The position numbers were made by a program, and so were the translations under genes. Positions 1-11,660 of a DNA stretch of 62,267 nt are shown here, piece by piece; the first letter of the stretch is position 1, and the number at the start of each line of letters is the position of its first letter. The stretch is from Girardia tigrina (taxonomy: Eukaryota), in contig MQRK01248532.1 of the NCBI GenBank assembly GCA_001938485.1, positions 11,730 through 73,996 of the forward strand, written 5' to 3'. The notes beneath the pieces are model-generated. The model was given only the letters and a program-made list of their open reading frames with translations, was not told where the DNA came from and ran no database searches.

Positions 1-32
<32 letters not shown>

Positions 33-357
33 AAGCTAATAAAAAGAATGGAAAAATATATGCAAGAAATGTTTTCTTAAACTTTATCTATAAATCACAA
101 TTGATTATAAAATTCTTTAAAAAATATACATAGGGTGTATATTAGGGTGATTACTTTTATACAACCTCATTTCCCTGTATAATATATGAATGAGTTTCCA
201 TGTAAGATTAGATAAAATCTTATATTCTAGATGATTTGATAAAAAAACCTCAATCAAAAAATGATTTCAAAAATTGTATTTATCACACATTATATAGAAT
301 CATCAAACAATCAATAATCATTAATGAAAATAAAAAATAAAAAAACTAATTAGAACG

Positions 358-480
358 ATGTCAAACGGTAAATGGTGTCCCGAGAGTTGTGATGACTCTA
401 AATGTGTTAATAACAAATATTCAAACAATAATTGTCTCAATGTTTTTAACAGGGGTAAAACACAAATTTTAGAAAATTGA
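358..480 (+). CDS. Small Cys-patterned ORF family member (40 aa), function unknown
   Basis: aattag-aacg-ATG; MSNGKWCPESCDDSKCVNNKYSNNNCLNVFNRGKTQILEN*; homologous to ORFs at 969(-), 47764(+) and 61568(-). Confidence 0.35.
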   Translation: MSNGKWCPESCDDSKCVNNKYSNNNCLNVFNRGKTQILEN

Positions 481-798
481 ATAAAAACTTTTATTTATCA
501 TTAAAATTTCAAGACAAAAAACTATTTAATAACGTTTGATAAATTTTCTTCATGAATAAATACGTTTAACTATATTTCAAATTGATCTATAATTATGTAA
601 ACAAGTTAAGAAAACAAAAAGTAGAAAAGAAGATAATTAAACGACGATGTCGGAAGTTAGTAATTCTTCTTTTTGCATCAAATGATGAGTTAAAATAACG
701 TTTTTTATGATTTTTAATATATTTTTTTCTTTTTTTCAGAATTGAAATTCCAAAATGTTTGTTTCAAAAGATATCTTATTGAAATCGCGTAGAAAAAT

Positions 799-969
799 TT
801 AGACATTTTTAAACATCTCTGACTTAAAACAGCCAGTAATATTCGAAGATTTATGTTTTTTTTTTAAATTAAACTTGTTAAAAGCATCGAGACAATTATT
901 AGTAGAACATTTATTAATATCACATTTAGAGTCATCACAACTCTCAGAAGATCCCTCATAGGATGGCAT
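799..969 (-). CDS. Small Cys-patterned ORF family member (56 aa), function unknown
   Basis: caattag-aagg-ATG; MPSYEGSSESCDDSKCDINKCSTNNCLDAFNK...; inverted paralog of 358-480. Confidence 0.35.
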   Translation of the reverse strand: MPSYEGSSESCDDSKCDINKCSTNNCLDAFNKFNLKKKHKSSNITGCFKSEMFKNV

Positions 970-1029
970 CCTTCTAATTGATTTTATTTCTATAATAATG
1001 ATTATTCGAACCATTTTTCTTATAATAAA

Positions 1030-1810
1030 ATTTTTTATTCAATCAATATATTTCGACGGAATAGCCGTCATTATCAGGCGATTCTGATTCTAGCTGTTAA
1101 GCTGATATATGTTAAAATGATGATTATGCAATTTATTATGTAAGTACTGTTTCACATTTTCAACAAAGTTGATGAGTCACTTGATTGCACATTAATTGCT
1201 GGATTAACCGCTTTAATTATTAATGCCTCACACGAGACTCTTTCCAATAATTTTTAAAGTTGCTGCATAAAACTTTAAAATTATTTATTTCAACAGGCGA
1301 TTTACAATGTTTTTATGTTCAGTAATATTACCACTACCACTTAGATGTCCATGCTGACGAACCCGTTTACAGAGATGAGGGACTGTCTCTCCAATATATG
1401 TGACGTTGCACCCATTACACTCAAATTTATACAAAAGACCAGAGCATAAACTGAAAGGAGTTTTCGAATTATTACTGAAAATATTTTAAATACGATTTTT
1501 AAATTCAAATTCATAGCATTAATTGAACTTAGAATAGAATTTGAATTTTTTAAAACCTTCAGAATAAGGAACAGTTAATGTCTAACTACAATTAAGTCTC
1601 TCTTTCGTTCCTATGTTCCTATGATTAAAGGGTTGGTGTTTCGTTCTTGGTCTTTGTCTTCAACTTATTCATAGGCCAATTTTATTTTTAAAAAGTTGAG
1701 TGACCTTTTACATAAGAATCCGATATTCATAATCTTTCCTTGAGAAATTAACTAGAGAAACAATTGATAAATTATTTAAAGATGGTTTAAGTAAAATAAA
1801 TGAAGGAAAT
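1030..1810 (-). mobile_element. Penelope-like retroelement 3' fragment (GIY-YIG endonuclease) with an inverted RT-thumb segment
   Basis: Minus strand ~1170-1575 gives VPYSEG, GLLYKFECNGCNVTYIGETVPHLCKRVRQHG and EALIIKAVNPAINVQ. Plus strand ~1625-1790 gives IKGLVFRSWSLSS (PLE RT C-terminus). Degenerate hammerhead core at 1051-1077. Confidence 0.85.
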
Positions 1811-2134
1811 AATGATTTGATTATTATTATTTTAATTATGTTCGAATGGTTAATTTTCGTAAACACAAAAAAATACCAATTTCAATCTGGATGGGAGAAT
1901 CTCCATTCTAGATTCAACATATTCAAATCAACATACTGCATTCATACAATTTTAAATATTCCTCACAAAACTAAAGTGACTAAATTAAACTATAATCATT
2001 CATATTTATTAATAATAATAAAATAAAAATTTGAAATTATCTTATAAAATATATTCATTATAAATTTTCCGCTTTATCAATAATTACAAAAATCAAAGCG
2101 ATTGTCAAATTGATGATTTCGGCGTTTAGAATGG

Positions 2135-2173
<39 letters not shown>

Positions 2174-2754
2174 TTTTAATGGAAAATAATTAATTGTTAA
2201 ACTGCCCTCTGTAATTATTAATTAGGAAAATCGACAAGATAAATTAAAAAAAATAATTAATACTATAATAGAATTATGATTTCTGTCTGTGTGAAGTTCC
2301 CGATGATTAAAGTGATTCGTTTAAACAACGACGGGAAATTTACAAATTATTTTGAATATCTTTATCTTTATAATAATTATTTTAATTATTTTACGATTAT
2401 CTACAAATGTTTAAACTGTTTTTCTTGATTTTTTAACCCACTTCCCGTGATGCTATCAAGCTGAAATTTTCTGGCTAGTTGTATTTTGCTACAACATATC
2501 GATTCAACAAATCAACTGATCTTAAAAAGTTAATTTAATTTTTTTTGGAAAAAAATCGATTTACGATTATCTACAAATGTTTTGTATTTTTTTGCTATTT
2601 TAAAGCACTTCCCCTGATCCTATCGAGTTATTATCACTTATTATTTGTATTATTATCATTATTATTCTTAAAGTTTCCTTTTACTTATTATAAAAAAATT
2701 TAAATTAAAAAAAATTAAATTGACATTCAGAATGGGCAAAGTAAGGTTATATCA

Positions 2755-3005
2755 ATACTTAAAATTTTTAATTAAAATATTCTTTTTGCCATTATTACCC
2801 AATAATTCTTTGATAAATAATAATAATTAATTTCTTCGTTACCTTTTAGAGTAAATGTATCTATTAAAATTGTATTATTCAAACAATTCAATATTCATAT
2901 ACTAAACATCCGAAAATTGCTGATGATGATGTATGTAAACATCGAAACATGTCCATAATATATATCCATTATATAAAAAAAGCTTTAATCAAATTATATT
3001 TTCGA
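2755..3005 (+). repeat. ~250-bp hammerhead-bearing dispersed repeat, copy 1
   Basis: Similar to 26075-26260, 25857-26047 (inverted) and 51350-51484; all end ...aagctttaatcaaattatattttcga. Confidence 0.8.
2916..2957 (+). ncRNA. Minimal type I hammerhead ribozyme motif
   Basis: ATTG-CTGATGA-T-GATGT(ATGTAA)ACATC-GAAA-CATG-TC-CA: core boxes, 5-bp stem II, palindromic ACATGT stem III, GUC site. Stem I is weakened in this copy. Confidence 0.75.
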
Positions 3006-3456
3006 TATATATATAGAAAGCAAGCTAATAAAAAGAATGGAATAAAGGAAATTGATCGGCTAATTAATCCTAAATCTACATTAATTTAAGTTGTTGTTCA
3101 TTTACGAATCAAAATTTTTTTATTTTGAAGTCTAAGTGGTTGACAGAAATTAATTATCATTTATTTTGTGGGATAGACATTAGTTCGCAATATCAAATTC
3201 GCTATTCCGTTTTATTGAATTTTTTGGATTTGAAGATATACTAATTCTGTCTCGATTATCTTGGAACCTGATCATACTTATAACATCTATCATATGTGAA
3301 ATATATTCTTTGAATATTTTTCATTTCCTCTATCTCATAAATCGTTATCTGAAAATCTTGAGTCAAATAGTTTACTTTTGATGAAATTTTATTCATCCTA
3401 AACTAGTCTTTTGATCAATCTAATTTCCCTTCTCTTTATACAACTATTACTGTTAA

Positions 3457-3696
3457 CCCTACAATGCGCAATTTTTTTAATTATCATAAAAAATATGTTT
3501 ACGCGGCCAGTATTACAAACTGAACTGTCATTTTTGTTGACAAAATATATTGCATTTATGACTTTATGGGCAGTTATCATTCCATAGACAATGTTTTTGG
3601 TTCACAGTATGTAAACACTCAAAGAATATCACGTGATTAAAAGATATTGAGGTAAAATATGGTTGATTCAAATATGAATCACGGCGCATTGTAGGG
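3457..3696. mobile_element. piggyBac-type MITE
   Basis: 13-bp TIR CCCTACAATGCGC / GCGCATTGTAGGG flanked by TTAA on both sides. Confidence 0.8.
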
Positions 3697-5919
3697 TTAA
3701 TTATTTGTTTTCGATATTCATCCTTATTATTATTAATAATAATTGTATTTTAAATTCTTAATTGGTTATTGGTGTTATAATTAATTCATTTATTCACTAA
3801 AAAATAAGATCAACAATATTCTTTAAACTTTTCGTGAGATAATTATTTGTGTTTTTTCAACAAAATATTATATGGAGTAAAGAATGACGAGGTCGATAAA
3901 ACATGATTTTGTAGATATTTATTCAAATATATTTTAAGACATGATATTGCATATTATGGGAAGGTTTATTCCAAATCAATTATATTATGAATTTTGTATT
4001 TTGGGAAACCATTTTCCGATGGTCCACGAAAGGGTTAAGGTTTTGACAATCACAATAAAATAGCACCACTTGTAAAAATCCTAAAACACTTTATCCAAAA
4101 TACAACTTTCAGTTTCTTCATATTACCAGAATATTAATAATTATAATATTTCATATAATTTTATAAATTTAACTCGGAATAATAAATAATGATAATTTAC
4201 AATCTTCCTGGGTCAAGTGAATGTATCAAATAAATATTTTAACGTTACTGAAAGAGTTTAAAATATTGAAACAAAATAATTGTTTGCCATATGTATCCAT
4301 TCTCTTTCTTGCAGGGAATAAATAGTTTTAGCGAACGAAGACGAGGAAATGTTTTGAAAAAGAGATTTTTTTGTAATTATTTACTATTTATAAAATATAT
4401 TTATGGTAATTTATAATAATAGAAAATTATAAGGACATATTTTAATATTTTAATAATTTATTACAAGTCATTTTTTTTAATGAAAGTTGTATCCGACCAG
4501 TCCATGATAAAGTTTATAATTTTTAATTTTTTCCATTATTACTGTTTTATTGTACAAGTTTACTTTTCCTGTTTATTATTCAATTATTTTTTTATAGAAA
4601 AATTATCTTTTTATGTGTAAATATGTTTATTGAAAAAAATATTTTAGTACAATTTTGTAAACACAAGTTCGTACTCAAGGGGTCACGTTTAATTTAATAT
4701 TAAAATGAATATTAATAATCAATTCAAAATATTTTTGTCTGTTTTTATTGAATTTATAAAAGAACCCATTCACAAATTACCTAACCAGATTTAGAAATCA
4801 TAAAATCCTACCGAGTTTCATTAACTATATTGCGGAATATTTTTTTTTATTCTCGGGAAAAATCAAACCGTTTCTTATCCAAAAATCAGAGAAATATTTG
4901 TTATTCTATTGATGAAAGTTTCCTTTAATTCTATAAATTCCGATAAATTAATTTAAAAAAAAATCCTTCAATCTAATATTCAATTTCTGATCTGAAAAAT
5001 CCGACTAAACTTTAATTAATACGTCCTTTATATCACAGAGCTACAGCTCAAGAATATTTAATTAAATAAAATACGTGACTTATTTTTGATATTTAACGTT
5101 CTTCAAATAACTTTTGTCTAAGATTTCTTTTTAATATTTGACTATTAACAGTTTTATATTAATATTTATTGATAAGATTAAATGGGCTTTTTCTTATTAT
5201 TTAAAACAATAATTAAAACAATTATATATTATAAAATGTAATTAATTTAATTTTTTCAAATTTTATTTTTATTTTTTTTAATGCTGATATTTTGAACAAT
5301 TTTTGTCGAATAGAAAATTAGAAGAAAATAAATTCAAAGGAATGGAAATTTATAAATTAACATTAATATATCGATTTTTAATGCATGACCGAATAATTGT
5401 TTTAAAAGAAACATTATTTTTTCCATTGTTGAATTCGAGACAAAATCATTATAATTATTGTGAGGCTCTTGATAATACTTTTCGGATCAATAATTTCTTA
5501 ATTTCAGAAATTACATTTTCCTATTCTGAAATATAATAAATTTCCAATTTAGAATTCATTTCAGACTTAATATTTTTTAAAATATTTTTACTTTTATTAT
5601 AAACCAATTGTTTCTATAATTATTAGAAGACTTCGAGACTGTCATAATATTTATTTAAAGACAATAAAATGAGGAATATCATCAGTATATATATTGATTA
5701 ATACCGTCATCAATCTGGGTCAAACATACACTCATTCATTTCACCATACACACTATTTCGGTCGTGACCTATTACACAACAATACAAAGATCACACCTAG
5801 AACATTCCATAGATAAATTACGCAACATATATTTATTAGTTTTGATAATAATTTATTCTTTTTTTTTGATAATAATTTATTATCTATTTATTTGATAATA
5901 GGTTTATTCTTCCTCCAAA

Positions 5920-7560
5920 TCCTTTCAGTATCGCCGTTTTAACTTTTTAACTTTGTCGAAGACTAAGTTAAAAAGACAAGGTTTCATCATACATTCCTGT
6001 TTAGCATATCTTTCTTTGAGAAACGCACAATCCCCCACAGAAGCAATAAAGCTCTCATGGAATTCCTTGATCAGGTAAAGAATCTTGTCCGTCAAGCCTA
6101 ATCTTTTCAGCTGGGCCCACAGAACTTCTTCTAGGACACTATTAAATGCCTTTTCCAAATTGATGAATATCACAAATATTTTCTAGTTTGTATATCGACC
6201 TTCTTCCTGTATCCACCTGAGTATACTTATAGCTTGCAAAGTACCTCTTTTTGGCCGAAAACCAAACTGCCAAAAGTTTAACCTTTTATCTACCACTAGC
6301 GTTATTCTATTTACGACTATTCGTACAAAAACTTTGCCGGTGACTTTCAAGAGGAAGGTCCCTCTATATTTATTCGGATCAGACCTTGCACCCTTTCTTT
6401 TGAAGAGTGTTATCACTTTTGCACTACTCCAAGCCGTTGGGAACTGATGATCATCCCCGTTCCAAATCATCAGCTTCAGTTTGTCAATGAGGGGTCGCCC
6501 GCCTCATTTTTGAACCTCTGCAATCACCTCATTTGCGCCGGGGACCTTCCAATTACTCATTTGTGATATGGCAAGCCGTACCTCTTCTGTGTTAGGTGGA
6601 TCTATACCGATACAACTTTCCTCGGGGAATTGAGTCATATCCGCCCACTCAATAAGTGAGCGCGCTTTGAAGAGCTTATGATAATGAGTTGCCATCTGAC
6701 TTTAAGAGACTGATGACACAGGCGTAAAAAGCGTATGCATTTTCGTTTCTGGATTCCCCAGCATACGTAATTTTAGATAAGCCACACCTTTCTTCTTCAA
6801 GCTAATGAGGCGCAAATGAGGTGATTGCAGAGGTTTAAAAATGAACCGGGCGACCCCTCATTGACAAGGTGAAGCTAGATTTTGAGATGATTTGGAACGG
6901 GGATGATCATCAGTTCCCAACGGCTTGGAGGAGTCTCTCTCGCTTCCATTTACAAATGGATCTGGTTACTTTGTTTCTGGAGGCTTTGGACTACCTAACT
7001 ACTGCCTCTGCTTTTCCAACCACGGTGTTTAGAGAGTCACCGAATGTGGTTTTCTAGCTGTCACTGTATCCAGTCAGTTGGAGAGTACACTCCTACGATA
7101 ATTATTCTGAAGGAAATGAATTCGATACGAAAATGCCCTAAACTCGGCATCACCTTTAGGCAGTCTGGTTAATAAACCAACTACTCTTTCTCTAATTTGT
7201 CCCATTTGTTGTCCACTGTTGTAAAGGATACACTTTTTATAATTCTCAGTCACGACGCCAAATTTGTGCGTTTTCATCAGAATGACTACGTTTACATTTA
7301 GCTTTTCTAGAGCGTCAGTAACACTTAAGACTTTCTGATTGTCGAATCCTCGAACATTCCATGTAGAAAACTTTTTCAAACCCAACCACGAATAGAATCG
7401 TACCAACTTTAGAATAGAATTCTTTAGATGTTTGAATCTTTCAGGATAAGGTAAGCTCAATGTGTAACCTGGTATGAAAGAATTTATAATCTTAAGATCC
7501 TTCTCCACTTTATCCTTCACTTTTTCATCCCCAAGTGAATTAGTTGTCTCGTTAGACTGA
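5920..7560 (-). mobile_element. Degenerate non-LTR retrotransposon (APE + RT, RTE-like)
   Basis: APE start STWNVRGF (ORF 7074-7520); RT motifs KVPGANEVIAE, WSSAKVITLFKRKG..DPNKYRG..LL, QFGFRPKRGT, FINLEKAFNSV; multiple stops and frameshifts. Confidence 0.85.
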
Positions 7561-7701
7561 GCAATTCTTATTCGTTTTCTTTCAATTATTTTGTCTATAG
7601 TCTCACGAGTGAGTTTCTCAATAAAAACATTGAATATCCATTGTTAGAATGTATATTCTGTTTTATAAGCAATAAAATTCTAAAATCTTATATTTTATTT
7701 T

Positions 7702-7738
<37 letters not shown>

Positions 7739-8318
7739 CTAACAAATTTTTTTGTTATGATCAATCAAGAAAAACAGGCGAATGACACAAAACGATGTAC
7801 TGTTAAAGTATTAAAAGATTTTTTCTTGAAGTTTCTTTTTTTATTTACTTAACAGTAATATTAAATAAATAAAAGAAATTTTTTGTTGCTTTCAAATTGA
7901 CTTTTTCCTTTAATAATATTAGTTGAAAATAATAATCTATTTTATTGAAAAATTATTAATTTTTTTCTGAGGCTCAATAGCGTTTATCCCTATTATTCTG
8001 ATTGCATTTCTCCCAATCTCGGAATAATTACCCACGCATGGAGCTATAATTAATCGCTCTGTATGAATCAATCGTTAGAATTTTATTTTTACAGTTTCTC
8101 AGTTGATGAAATGAGTTAAAATTTTTAAAATTAATTAATCTTCGATAATATTAAAAAAATATTTTTTTCCTTTTTTGTCATATCCGTTTATATGGTATGA
8201 CTATTAATTAAAAAATAATTCCATTGAAATAACGCAATATCAATGATAATTAATACAAAAAAATAAACTAATTTTTTTAAATAAATATTTATTTATTAAA
8301 AGGAAATATTTCTTTTAG

Positions 8319-8469
8319 TTTTTTAGTTCAAACCAAGAAACTCTAGTAAATCGTTTGAAAATTCTCCTTCGACATTACGCATTTGGATCTTCTACAAATA
8401 AAACAGTAGAAACATCCCCGAAAAACGCTTTATCGATTCCAGTGGGCGCCGACTCAATTTTCGATATTG
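8319..8469 (+). CDS. DYNC2LI1: Cytoplasmic dynein-2 light intermediate chain 1, internal exon (third from last)
   Basis: ttttag|TTT...ATTG|gtaaga; translates FFSSNQETLVNRLKILLRHYAFGSSTNKTVETSPKNALSIPVGADSIFDI(G), resembling my recollection of vertebrate DYNC2LI1 [22 protein letters not shown]...KPLFITAGLDSFGQIG. Ends in phase 1, compatible with the next exon. Confidence 0.88.
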
Positions 8470-9199
8470 GTAAGAAATCATTTTTATGGATAGAAAGTCT
8501 ATTGAAATTTAAAATATTTTATTTCATTGAATCTAAATATATATTTACAACAAATTTTTTTTTCGTTATGTTTGTTAAGAACATTAAGACAATTTTCATT
8601 ATCATCTTTATTACAATCACATTTGGAATCATTATAACCCTCGCAAGACCTTACACTGTTGGGCATCGCTCTAATTGGTCTTTTTATATCTATTTTTTAA
8701 TCATGATTATTTGAACATTTCCTTCTAATTCTTTTTAAAATATTTATTTCATAAAAACTTTAATGAAAATAATAATTTTAACCATTTGTTTATAAAAACT
8801 CAGAATAATAAAAAAACTTTTTTTAAAAAATGAATTTAATTTAAATCTAATTAAACAGCAAAAGTGGAAGAATGTGGCTTTAAACTTGCTCGTTTCGGTG
8901 GGCGCACCGAACTTAGAACCCATTTGAATAAACACGAGTCCATCGATTATTTCAAAATGTATTTGATGCAAATACAGTAGACACAAATTTGAGAATCAAA
9001 TTTACAAAAAATATTCAGTCCACTCTTTTAAACACTCCGCGCGGCTAAATATTTAAACAACTCCTGAAATTTTATTATTTATTTTTAGAAACATTTTTCA
9101 CTTCTTTTGATATTAGACAAATGTTTTTTATTTACTAGTTAAATCTTCAGGTTTCACTTCAGGATTCGTAATAACAACAAGTAGAATTTATTAATTATT

Positions 9200-11396
9200 T
9201 ACAATCTTTTTAGAATACTTAAACAAATAATAATCACAACTTTCCCCTCTTTTATAATTCGTTATTTACTTTCTTAATCCACTCAATTCTTCGACGAATT
9301 ATGTTTCCATCTTTCAAATTCTGTAGTTCCAATTGGTGTGGCGATATATGTCTTAAAATTTGGTACGGTCCATCGAATGGGAAAGTGTCCTTTCTCTGTT
9401 TTGTAGGATCTTGTTTTACAAAGACTTTCTGACCATCCTTGAAATGTCGATTTGTTCTCTTCTCTCTCTCCCAACTTTCCATTCGTCTTACCTTCATCTT
9501 GATCACGTTGCTCTCTTCCGTTTTAGCTATTCCTGCTACCGCATGTAAGTTTATTTTTCTACCAAACACAACTTCGAAGGGTGAATATCCGGTCGTACTC
9601 TGAACTGTTGCATTTAGACAGAATTCTATCTTCGGAACAATTTGCCACCATGATCGTTTGTTTGTGTCTCCTCTGCTTGTTACTATCATGTCTCTCACTG
9701 TTCGAATAGTTCTTTCTGCCAACCCGTTTGATTGATGTTGAAATGGGTTACTAAATCTTTGTTCGATTCCATATTTCCTGTACAAATCTTTAAATTTTCC
9801 GCCAGTAAAACATTTTCCATTGTATGTTAATATTGTTTTTGGCTTCCCATATCTATATATCCATTTTATCAACACGCATTGAACTATGGTGTCTTCGTTT
9901 TAAGTTCTAATCTCTGTCAAAGAGACCAATTTTGAAAACTGGTCCACCATGACCAATAGATATGGGTACATGCTATTCTTGTCACCCACATATGCGATAT
10001 CCATCACGACTTGCTCTAAAAACTCGTCACTTCTTATTGGAATCAACTTCTCTTTTGTTTTTTCACTTGGAAATTTTCTGCGTATACATTCTTGACATTC
10101 TCCTATAACGATATGTACCTCTTTCGCTAAATCTGGTAGCATAAAATGATTTTGGATATACTTCTTTGTCTTTTTGATACCTACATGACATAAATCTCTG
10201 TGTATTTTCCTGATGAAATCTATTCTAATTTGCTTCGGAACCAATGGTAACACACAATTTCCTTCTTGCATACCCCATAACCCATTCTGATAAACTAATT
10301 GGTCATGTAGTTGTAATAACTTCTTGGTGATTTCATTCTTTACACCTTCTGCCATCTCCTGTATTTGTTTCAACTGGTTCAACTCTGAGCACTTTTCTTG
10401 TTCGTCTTTTATCCATTGAATTGTAGACTGAATCACCACTGTATTTATGTGTTTCACCCTTGCTTTTGTTATTTTGGTTCTTCGTGTTTTGTTTCACATT
10501 GTGACCAAACGTCGTCGTATAGCCGTGATAATCCATCTGCATTTCCACGTTCGTCACCTTTTCCATACTTCAAATCAAAGTCAAAATCCGCCATGTTTGC
10601 TAACCATGTCTGGAATTGAGGAGTTATTGGTTTGGAAGTACTCTTCATATACACCAGTGCTTTATGATCAGTTCTTGTTGTAAATCGCTTGCCATATAAA
10701 TATTGTTTGAGATGTAACATGAACTCTTGTAATGCTAATAGTTCCCTTCTTGTCACACAGTACCCTTTTTCATGTGTAGTTAAAGTCATCGATGCATACG
10801 CGATTACTACTTCTTTCTCTTCTGATATCTGACTAAGAACTGCTCCTATCGATCCGAATGATGCATCTGTGTCTAAGATGAAATTATTATTCGGGTTCAC
10901 AAATGCTAATATTGGTGCACCACATAGCTTTTGCTTCAATTCGTTAAAACTTCTGTCGAACTCGTCTGACCAAAATATTTCTTAACATTTTCCGCTGTAT
11001 GCACTGTGCAAAGGTGCTGCTAATTCTGAGTAATTCTTGATAAATCGTCGATATTAGTTACACAGACCTAAAAATGCTCGTAAATTTCGAGTACACTTTG
11101 GTATCGGAAAATTTTGAATTTCTGCCACTTTCAATTTATTTGTTGAGATACCTTCTTTGTTAATTGTATGTCCCAGAAAGACCAGCTCTCCCACTCCGAA
11201 TTTGCATTTCCCTCGATTGACTTTTAAACCTACTTTCTTCAGTCTATTCAGTACTTCTTCTAATAGTCTCATATGATCCTTCATTGATTTTGAGTAAATT
11301 AAGACATCATCTAGATATATTACTACTCCAGAGAATAGTAAATCTTCAAATATTTATAATCTTTTTAGAATACTTAAACAAATAATAATCACAACA
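9200..11396 (-). mobile_element. Internally deleted Ty3/Gypsy LTR retrotransposon (RT-RNaseH-integrase)
   Basis: VIYLDDVL, FLGLCN, LDTDAS/ELLA/TDHKAL/ADGLSR, HHCC zinc finger, SNGLAER, GPY. Purine tract AAAAGAGGGGAA before an LTR start; the first ~38 bp of the LTR are directly repeated at 9203-9240 and 11358-11395. Confidence 0.9.
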
Positions 11397-11559
11397 TTAC
11401 TTTAATTTTAATTTTATTTCCAAATTTTTATTATTTTATCTTTTTTTATTTTTCCATTGAAATTTAATAATTAATTATTAATGTCCTTACTTCCCAACTA
11501 AAATTCTATCTCCACTGACTATCTTTTCAAAAAAAATTTTCACCCGAGTTTTAATCTCT

Positions 11560-11660
11560 CCTAAGAAAACTACAGCAGCATCCACCATACAGACCGGATT
11601 TTTCTCTTAGTGATTTTAAACCTTGACAAAGAATCATAAAGGGTCATATTTCGCTACTAA
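11560..11660 (+). mobile_element. Decayed mariner transposase fragment
   Basis: HPPYRPDFSLSDF resembles the HPPYSPDLAPSDF motif. Confidence 0.5.

Noticed and set aside
2388-2628. ~170-bp spaced degenerate direct repeat
   Set aside because: Only two diverged units, probably internal to a decayed non-autonomous element; no CRISPR-like or other functional pattern.
4315-4372. Possible upstream DYNC2LI1 exon (cttgcag|GINSFSERRRGNVLKKRF)
   Set aside because: Superficial SE.R......RF spacing only; it lacks the AH..GA motif and ends in phase 1, incompatible with the phase-0 exon at 8319.
8470-8714. Hydrophobic C-terminal part of ORF 8355-8714
   Set aside because: Read-through into the intron past the gtaaga donor.
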